DNA of 64,000 nucleotides, from assembly GCA_003344405.1 (NCBI GenBank), contig NOWV01000152.1:62001-126000 (forward strand), read 5' to 3'. The notes beneath the pieces are model-generated. The model was not told the DNA's origin, ran no database searches, and saw only the letters and a program-made list of their open reading frames with translations. Positions 55,101 through 64,000 of the stretch are shown here, one piece after another; positions within the stretch are counted from its first letter, which is position 1, and every line of letters begins with the position of its first letter. Source of the stretch: Trichoplax sp. H2 (lineage: Eukaryota). Made by a program: the position numbers and the translations under genes.

Positions 55101-56643
55101 TCAGTTATGAAAAGAATGTGAATTGGCATCAAAAAAATTTCAAGCTGTACTCCTCCATAACGGTTATTGGATTCCGCGCCCCAGTCCCTTATAATATTTG
55201 TGCTACCATAGTACTTTTCAAGCATTACCATATGAATACAGTATGAAAAAGGGGGCCGCCGTCTGCAGACACTTTCGCTTATAATACTGTATAAGCGTCG
55301 TTTTATGTCCCATCGATGTAGAGATACTGAGGTATAAAATCAATCAATCTTTACTACCCATCAAGATCGATGGTCGGGCATTGATACTGAATTTTTACTT
55401 TAGTTGACGTATACAAGGCACCAAGCTGAAAAGGAGTTCAATTCATTCAGTACTGCCTATCCAGCTGTGATTCGCCTGTGAAGTTTAATAGAATGAATCC
55501 ATTTTCCAATGGCGTCTTCTCAAACGAGAACGCTCTTGAAAGAGGCGGCCAACCCTGTCCCCTTGGGGCATTTTTGGGTACGTACCGTACCGGTACGAGA
55601 GACAATTGGTCCAAGGGCAGCAATTCCCCATCATACTCAATACAGGTACGCCATCACTGCTTCCATCCAATACAAGATCCGCTCACAAAGAGAAGAAATG
55701 TTACTGGGCGTTGGTATGTCCAATTTGCCCATGCGGTAAACAAACTTTGTATACAAACGCAAGCGGTAGTAGAATTCTTCTTGCATGTGTCAGTGTTTTG
55801 TTTACTTGGGAGCAACGGTTGCTGCACTCATTCACCTCAACCATCTCTATACTATAGTATAGAGTAGCGAGGAGGACGTCATCAGAGTACACTCACTACT
55901 CAGTGACTAGTCTTCCAAGTTCAATGGCGTCCATTTATTCATTTTCAACCATTGAATGATTCCTTCCATTTGGACTAATTTAACCCAATTTACCCTTTTA
56001 ACTGTATAGAAAAATGGCTAAATAACTTGAAACAGCCTCCCATATCTTGCTACTTTATCATCTTCCATACTAGCCTAAAACTACCATGGCAGCATTGGAT
56101 GCGATGTACTTTGTATGCCAATATTGCAAGGTAGAAAACAACAACTGTAAATAGAGCCAAGGGTACAAGTAGACAGTCCTGACGACACTTTTTAAGCCAT
56201 CAGTAACAAACTCGCCAACGAATAGGACTTTCGGCTCCCTTTCTGTCCTTTGGTTCAAGTACTCATTTTCAAATTTATCAGCCATTATTACATTAAGTCC
56301 AAACTAGATCCAAGCAGTGATGAGAGGATGATCTTACTTGGCCATCTTCCATTGGCAATCAATCACTAACAGAAATTCAATAGGGACTTGCGGTTTACTC
56401 TTGGGATAGAAATGACTCGTATGGGTGTAAATTAATGAAATTGAAAAATGATTTCTTGGTATATCCAACAATTTGCCTCCTTTTCAATCCATTTAGTTTC
56501 ACTCGATGACATATCCAGAATGCCAAACATTCAAAATAAAATTGAAAAATTCCCGCTACCTTCTTGGACATCGACTATAAATTTCAAAACATAAACATTG
56601 CAAAAATAAAAACATCGCTTACCAGTAGTAATCGTAGTGCCAT
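52161..56643 (-). CDS. GPI-anchored C-type lectin + thrombospondin type-1 repeat protein, copy B, about 283 aa
   Basis: Exons 56643-56623 (MALRLLL|gtaagc), 53957-53924 (34 nt, AFFSVLFINQI), 53277-52852 (CTLD), 52705-52532 (TSP1: DGQWTKWQNTSCSAPCGGGVTISTRTCTNPAPQGDGAGCQG), 52357-52161 (S/T stalk, STEINGA, hydrophobic tail, TAA). The joined N-terminus MALRLLLAFFSVLFINQIGISHG is a good signal peptide and all phases fit. Assignment of exon 1 is inferred. Confidence 0.88.
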
Positions 56644-58820
56644 GATGTGCCTCCTTGCTTCTTGCGTTTGTTTAGATTCTGATGTAAATGCCAACTGGCG
56701 CGGCTTAAAATAGCCGGCGAGCGTTGTCGCGGGAATACGCCTTCGATCTACGTAACAGAAAGAATCTTTATTTATGCGTGACTGCATTTTATCGATTGTT
56801 TTTATCAAACGAAAGGCGGATAATAATATCAATTGGTTAAGAATAGGACTTGGCTCTTGATTGACATACTATTATGCAGGCTTGCAAAATGCCCGTCTCT
56901 GTTCAAATTGCATACCACCGTGTCCATCAGCTTTCTCCTACATCAAAAGCAATAAATGCCTTCCATTCATTGCTTTCAATAGATCAAGATCCCCTTGATT
57001 CTTTTCATTCATCAGGGCAGACAATGTCAAATGACCACTACTCCCCCCCCCGCAAAAATGGCAGTATTGATAGTATAGTACAGTTTACCAGGAAGGCCAT
57101 CACTCGTCACCATTTCAAGAGAGTAATTGTTGCTTTTCCATCAATCGCTTTCTATTCTGGGGAATATTGTTGAATATTAGCTAGACAGTCTTGATTACCG
57201 CCTTTCCCCTTCTATTCAAAGTTTTATGTACCGAAGCAGTAAATTGGGGGTACTACCGAAAATGGTGTACAACTATAGATGTCACGCATTTTCCTTTTCG
57301 GATTTTTTCCCTTGGAACTATAGAATACTGTATATATGTACATATCTATTTTACAACTAGAATTTGAAATGTCTTAACCAGATGGGCGTAGCTTCAATAG
57401 TAATCACACCAGGATAGTTTTGGATGTTGCATTAGCAACACCGCTGAGACAACGTTGCCTCTTTTTCGATCGATGCTATGCCATGGAGATGCATGACAAC
57501 AAAATAAGCAAATAAGCTGTAGAAAGGAAGTCTAAAAAAGTAAATTGTGCTGAATTACGATCCAAACGTGAGGAGTTGAAAGAGATACGCGTATGTTTTC
57601 TTTTTATTTATTTATTTTCTATTCCTATTGATTTTCACCAACAATTTCGGATACTATTTAAAGCATGCCAACTTTCATATGTTTTACACCGCAGTCGAAG
57701 ATCGCTAATACAGTACGGTAAATTAATTAGGATAATGAAATAATTTAGTATCACACAATCTCTTTGATGCTACAATACGTGGAGAAAGATTCATAGTCAG
57801 CAAAAGGATGTACTGTACTATTCTATGCTTGTCAGTGAACCGATTGAATGATTTGAATCAAAAAGAAAACGAAATGTTACAACTTACAAACGCACCTTGA
57901 AAGTAGAGTATTTATATTAGACATTGACTAGAAGACATGGACAATATCCTCGTGTCTTTCCTTCAAGTGTACTTTGCCCTTTAACTTAATAGAACGTGAT
58001 GGAGAATAAAGATGAAAAAAAACATGATGCAATGCTATTGTTCAGTGCAATCTCATTCTCGTGATACCATTATTTCCGCTTCGGAATTTAGGCTATGCCA
58101 AAATATAAACAAAATTCAAAATAGCGATTCCAATTGCTCTACCATAGCAATTGGAATTATATATATTTAATATGAGTATCGTTGTAAATCGATAATATCC
58201 ATATTGATAGTTAGTCAAAGCATTTCCTATGTGCATCTCAATTAATTAAGTCAAAGAAATGCACAACATTACAAAGTGTGAAGGTACCCGCTGCACTAAG
58301 TCTTCCATAGCACACTCCAACTACTTTCTGTTTTTGTTTATAATCAAAAATGGTAATTATTACCTACGGAGCTGGTCAAAATTAATATTATGAATAGTAA
58401 GTAAAGAGAGCGTATGAACGTTCGCTGGACTATATCATTTATACCATATTATTATTAAATGTAATAACATTAATATCTTAATCGAATACCGTACTACAAC
58501 ATTAAAATTTTAATATTTTCTCAACGAATTCACATTCAATGGTGCGTGCTTGATCTAAATTCGTCAATTTCGACAATTTAAAACGATTGGACTGTACTAG
58601 GAAAATTATAAAAATCAACATCTGTAGCAGCATTAATTAATTAATGCTCGACTGTGCCGAGATCCATTAATTATACACGCTAGATAGAAAATGAGTGCAT
58701 TAAAATTATCAGCCAACAGCACACATTATAATTTGACTATACCACTATGAATAGCGGTTACCAACGATTGCTCAATCTATTCTTAGACGACCCGGCGATA
58801 CCAAGCATCCTACAGCAGAG

Positions 58821-58975
58821 CAGTGTTGGAAAAAACACGGGTTATTCGTGATTTCTAGTTGTTGACTCGGGTTAGAACGCTATTTTACAGCCTGCTATTT
58901 GACTTAGGCTGTACTTTTGTACTAAATTCTTGGGTTATTTGAACGGGGGTTATAATCTACTGCCAGCCAACACTG
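58821..58975. mobile_element. Candidate hAT-like MITE (about 155 bp)
   Basis: Terminal inverted repeats CAGTGTTGG...CCAACACTG, with four internal GGGTTA motifs resembling subterminal repeats. No 8-bp target-site duplication is visible. Confidence 0.45.
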
Positions 58976-61900
58976 CCTCGTTCGTACGATAGTATGCGGT
59001 AAGCATACTATTAATTATCCACGACACCTCGACTAATCACAGACTGAAAGTCTTAAATATTATTATTTAGCAGAGTCATTACGTATATCAGTAAGCAGAC
59101 AGATACGTGTTTTGTTGCACAGTTGGCCGGAAAACTGTAGCTATAGAAGCTTTCATTTTCCATTTACAAATGTTATTTATGACTGGGTAATTAGTCCGTA
59201 ATATTTACATTTAGTAATCACTCAGATACAGTCTTCCTACAAGTCGCGAGCAAGCTTGAAATTAAACATTAATATCAATACTAAATATAATAGTTGACTA
59301 CCGTCGTTGTATTATGACTGTATGCAGATTAATAATGGCGTCTGGTATGATCATTAACTTTTGATATGTATAAACTTGGAGTAGACAGTATGTATAGGAA
59401 GACGATGAAGTTGCCGCCGGTACATCTGTGCGCTTATATTTATATTTGCAATTAAGAAAATTAATGATATGCTTATAATTATCAATATTTTTGCTCATGA
59501 TTTCTACCAATCCACTCCGTAATGGAACTAAGTTTATTTTATCAATTCTAGAGTATATTAATGATCATCCGTTCATTTATTTAAGCTAGATTGTCAATAA
59601 ATTTGTTCAATATCATAAAAATGAAGTTATGAAACATTTCGCAATTTTATGATTGAATGAAAGTTAAGCAAAGAGTACATTTTAAGATCCGATTTAATTT
59701 GTAATTAATTGATCCTGTAACGGCATCGCAGTCAATGAGACAGGAATTGAGAAAAACTGTTTGAATACTATTAACGCTATGTTGCAACACTGTAGAAGAC
59801 GTAAAATCAATTCATTACTACGCTGTTATGATAAGAGTATGAAATTAGTCATTCAGTATAACGCCGGTATTGATTATCCAAACTACAACTAAGATGCTCG
59901 TAGAAGCTACAGAGATCCGCTTTATCGGGTAGGAGCAATGGCGTAGTAAACAAGTATTTATTTACAATAATTAAGAGGTCGCACGTGCAGAAGCGATTTT
60001 GTTTACATGCATTCATGCCTGCTAGATTGACTAGGAAATGGCTTAAATTAAAGAGTACTCAATAGATCCTTTACATAAACTCTGCTTCAATCTGTACTAG
60101 TGCATTGATTGGTACAATATTCAAAATAGATGCTATGAAATACTGCCCAAGATAAGTATTAGAATATCGACGATTCGTAAAGTTATTTTCCTTCGAGATA
60201 ATTGGAGAAAGAGAGATTCGGTCAAGACTGATCAACTACAGTGTAATACTATCCACCATTACTACATTTAGGTTGATCAGATAAAGTACGCACGGCATAT
60301 TGTAATTATTGATAGTTTATGACCGAATCAGTGTCAGATAGCAACATACAACATTAAATTCTATTTATCCATAAGAGAATTAACAATTGTTCCATTAGGA
60401 TTATCGATAAATTCAGCATTTTACGCAATTCCGTTCGGTCAAGCTGTTGTTACGTAATAGTGTTGTGCCACTGTACAGTCTCCTATTCATTCTGCTATTA
60501 CAAAGGCGGATTTATTTTGGGATAGGTACGAAATTATCAACGGATATACGTATGTGTAGGTTGATTATATAATCATGATAAAAAATTATGCCTTTCTTAA
60601 TCACAATACATAAAAGCCGGTCTCGATATAGGCAATTTGGTCAATAACATATTTAAGGCATTGGTAAGCAGGTGTGCAAGTACAAAAGATAATTGACAGT
60701 TTATTCTTGGAAAGTTCTTTACTTTTAATCATCTATCGTCGATACGATACGGTACTACGCTTAGTTAATTGCGATTTATAGAATACCTATGGAGTTTATT
60801 CGGATTATATACTATATGAAACGGAGACTAGAATAAGGCGGATAATATAACAGTCTAAACCAATATTGAACATACAACATAGTAGGATATGAAGAAATGA
60901 TCGCAATGAATAACGGTCTGGAAAGAGTATACAGTAATAGCAAAGCGCTAGTGCATTAAATGGATATCAAGCGTTAAATTCTATTGATGGCAGATATTAA
61001 CATACAATCGATAATGAAAGAAGCGCTCTTTAAATAGAGGAAATTGTGCTCGTATATCAGTATGACGTACATTATAAAGCAGAGCATGTTTTCTTTGTAT
61101 AGAGGTAATAATGATAGTATTTCCTTTCTACGGTATAATTTACAACCAATGGTTTATTATTTGACATTATTGAAAAACGTACTGGGTATATTTTGTTTCG
61201 TATGCATGCCAAATAAATCAACGCAGCGTAATAGAGCTGCTTAATTAGGGAAAGCGAAAAATGACAATATTATAGTGATTTGTTGATGAGATTCAATGAT
61301 AGCGATATCTCCATAATTGCTCTTAAAATAAGCGTTGTTTGTAATTTTATACTCATTTAGTAGATCTCTAGATGTATTATAAAGTCTTAACTGTAGTTAA
61401 TAAAACAGTACAAGGCCTAAATATTTGTTGATATTGTATTTTAACAACATTATGACAATAAGAATTTTGTAAGTAAATAGAAAGCAATACTTCGTGCTCT
61501 CACAAAATGTAAATTTTAACAATATGTTGCTAAAGGAAATCAGTTTCTTTGAAATACAAATAATTTTGTGTTGTTGTGTTCATGTTCATGCCTATTTAAG
61601 ATTTTTATTATTAATTAATGTATTAAATTGTGTGCAATTGTTGTTCTTATAGTTGCCTTGTGAAAAAATTAAAAATGACCGCTAGCAAGCGTATACAGTA
61701 GGCTGTATAGCAAATTTTTGAAATTTTACAGATTGTAACACAGCTCACTCATTAATTAATATTTGATTCCTTATTTAGAGAGCAAGAGTATTTGCTGTAT
61801 ATTTATGTTTTTATTGTTATGATGTATTTGTGTATTGAAAAATGTTTTAACATAAATCTCGTATTTACTTTATTGTAAAGAATCCAAAGATGGATTGGTA

Positions 61901-64000
61901 CATACGGTTATATTTATAATTGATGTTTCGAGTGAATATTGATTTACCCTGAATAAATTAGTATCTAAAGCAATGCATAATTTTACTTTCCTTATTCTCC
62001 ATTTGTAAGCAGAGACTGAAAAATTTTAACCTTTATTTAAAGGAAGTAAAGCTTGGCTCATGTATCGTAATATTTACGTTACTTGATATGATAATTTTTG
62101 ATTAGGCTAACTTTGAATAATATAGAATTGGATTACCAAGAACTGGATTAGCTTTGACTGAAAGTAAATTTTTCTAAGTAAAACCATGAATGAATTAGCC
62201 ATACTGTTTTCAGTTGATCATATATTAATACTTTATCGTTTATCCGTGTTTGCTATAGCCAGTCGAATAAAATAAAAACGTAAATATTTTATTCGACAAA
62301 TGGTGCATTTTTAAATTATTTACAACTAGTTCCTTCATTACATCAAATCCAGTCAAATTCTTAACAACGTAAAGCCAATATGATTTTGTATCTAGTTTTA
62401 AGGCTATAAGAAATATTTTAAAATGTTAATGCTTTTGTGACATTTCGAAAGTAATGTAACGCTATTGTCTAGTGGATAGCCCATTAAGGAAATATTAAAC
62501 TATCCTGAATTCTAATATTTAGTCTCGTTGATATAATTTAATGAATGTGACGATGTTTCTCATAAACTGAGGAGTTATCATTGATTAGATAAAATATATA
62601 TATCTGTATAGATTTCACTATTGAATTGTAGTCTGCATTTCTGAAGAATCATTCATTCATGTGAAATAAATATATGTAATATGCTACTTGTGGTCTGCAC
62701 AGTTGGAGTTTTACGTACAATGGCTATCCTTATTTGTCATGTTGAATATGCCATCAATTTCCTACTATGCAGTAACTTATAGAAGTACTCGAATGCTCTT
62801 TAATGCTAGAAGCAATCCATGCATAAGCTTTTGAGAAGACTAGTTTTAGTAGTCATTGTGCAATTAATTGTAACATGTATTGCATAATAGAGACAGTTGA
62901 CAGAAGTATAGAATTACCTAGTAGCTCAATATAGAATAGTACTCTTATATGTACTTTGCGTAGAAGATGTACACTATCGCTACTATGGAGTTAATCTGGT
63001 GTGCATGAGGCCGTTCCATATTAGAAATGATTCGCACATGCGATTAATTGGCTTAAAATACGCTTCACAAATGACCAAATTACTTACGCCAGTAACATAA
63101 AACAATCTGGAAGGGAAAAATTTCTTCATATTGAATGCCTTACAGTCTTATCAAAAGTCGAATATAATATTTGTGATTAATGACGAAAATTATAGTCAGG
63201 CTAAATATGATTAGATAGCTCATGTCATAAGTTCTAATATATCATAGTCAAATTGATAACTTTCGTAGTAGAAGCAGCTATTTATCGGATTTAAAAACTA
63301 AAATAATAGATGTTGCTAATTGCATGATTGTGCTTATATTCAATGACTAGTGATATTTACTGTGCTGTATAATCAATGTATTGCGGAAAGAGCTCAACTA
63401 GCCACTAGTATCTTATACAATTTGCGCTTATATTACGATTAGAAATTTTTGAAACACATAAAAATTAAACTTTATCATACTAAGGAACTGGTTCAGATGG
63501 TTCGCAGACTATTGCACCGGCAGCTTTAAGAGAATAAAAATGTTTAAAATGCTTGAATAAAATGGATTGAATTTCAATGATTTTACATCATAATTTGCAA
63601 ACGCAAGGAGATTTCAGAGTTTTAAATTGTTTAAAGCTTGCTTAAACGTCGCTATAAAAGTATCAACGTTCGCTTTAGTGAAGCAGAGGGGAGGCTTCAA
63701 TTTTATGATATTTCGATCTGGACCATCTTTAGCAATTAGAACGTGCTTTTCTTTCATACTAATTGAAGGATTATTCGGGTAAATCGACATAATATTGCAT
63801 ACGATAAATCCATATAATACTATAGGAAATTATTCTAGTTATTACTAGCTTACAAGTCTACTACTGATGCCGCTTCTTCAACAGCTGGCTCCCTAGACTT
63901 ACGATCTTTAACTAACTCTATTCCTAGGAATAGACCAAGTCCACTAAAACATTTTAGAAATGGTATATAAATAAATTAGCAATGTGCTAAGCGCATAATT

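Overview
AT-rich, intron-containing animal genomic DNA. Compact genes and the gene content suggest a non-bilaterian such as a placozoan (inference only). I reconstructed eight spliced protein-coding genes by hand, with GT-AG junctions and consistent phases. They are a synaptotagmin-15-like gene (+, 5' end unresolved), RPS24 (-), CHCHD1/mS37 (-), a small CARD + TIR protein that keeps the TIR catalytic Glu (+), and two copies of an anciently tandem-duplicated two-gene cassette (-). Each cassette copy encodes a secreted, dibasic-site-containing, Cys-rich prepro-protein with IL-17/cystine-knot-like motifs, next to a GPI-anchored C-type-lectin-domain protein (with a TSP1 exon in one copy, without it in the other). 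The CARD-TIR gene plus the duplicated cytokine-like/lectin cassette is the most interesting signal: a candidate innate-immune or signalling locus. Also present are a 4 x 47 bp minisatellite, a hAT-like MITE candidate, small local duplications and microsatellites. Regions 1-10 kb, 25.5-30.5 kb, 41-49 kb and 59-64 kb look largely non-coding.
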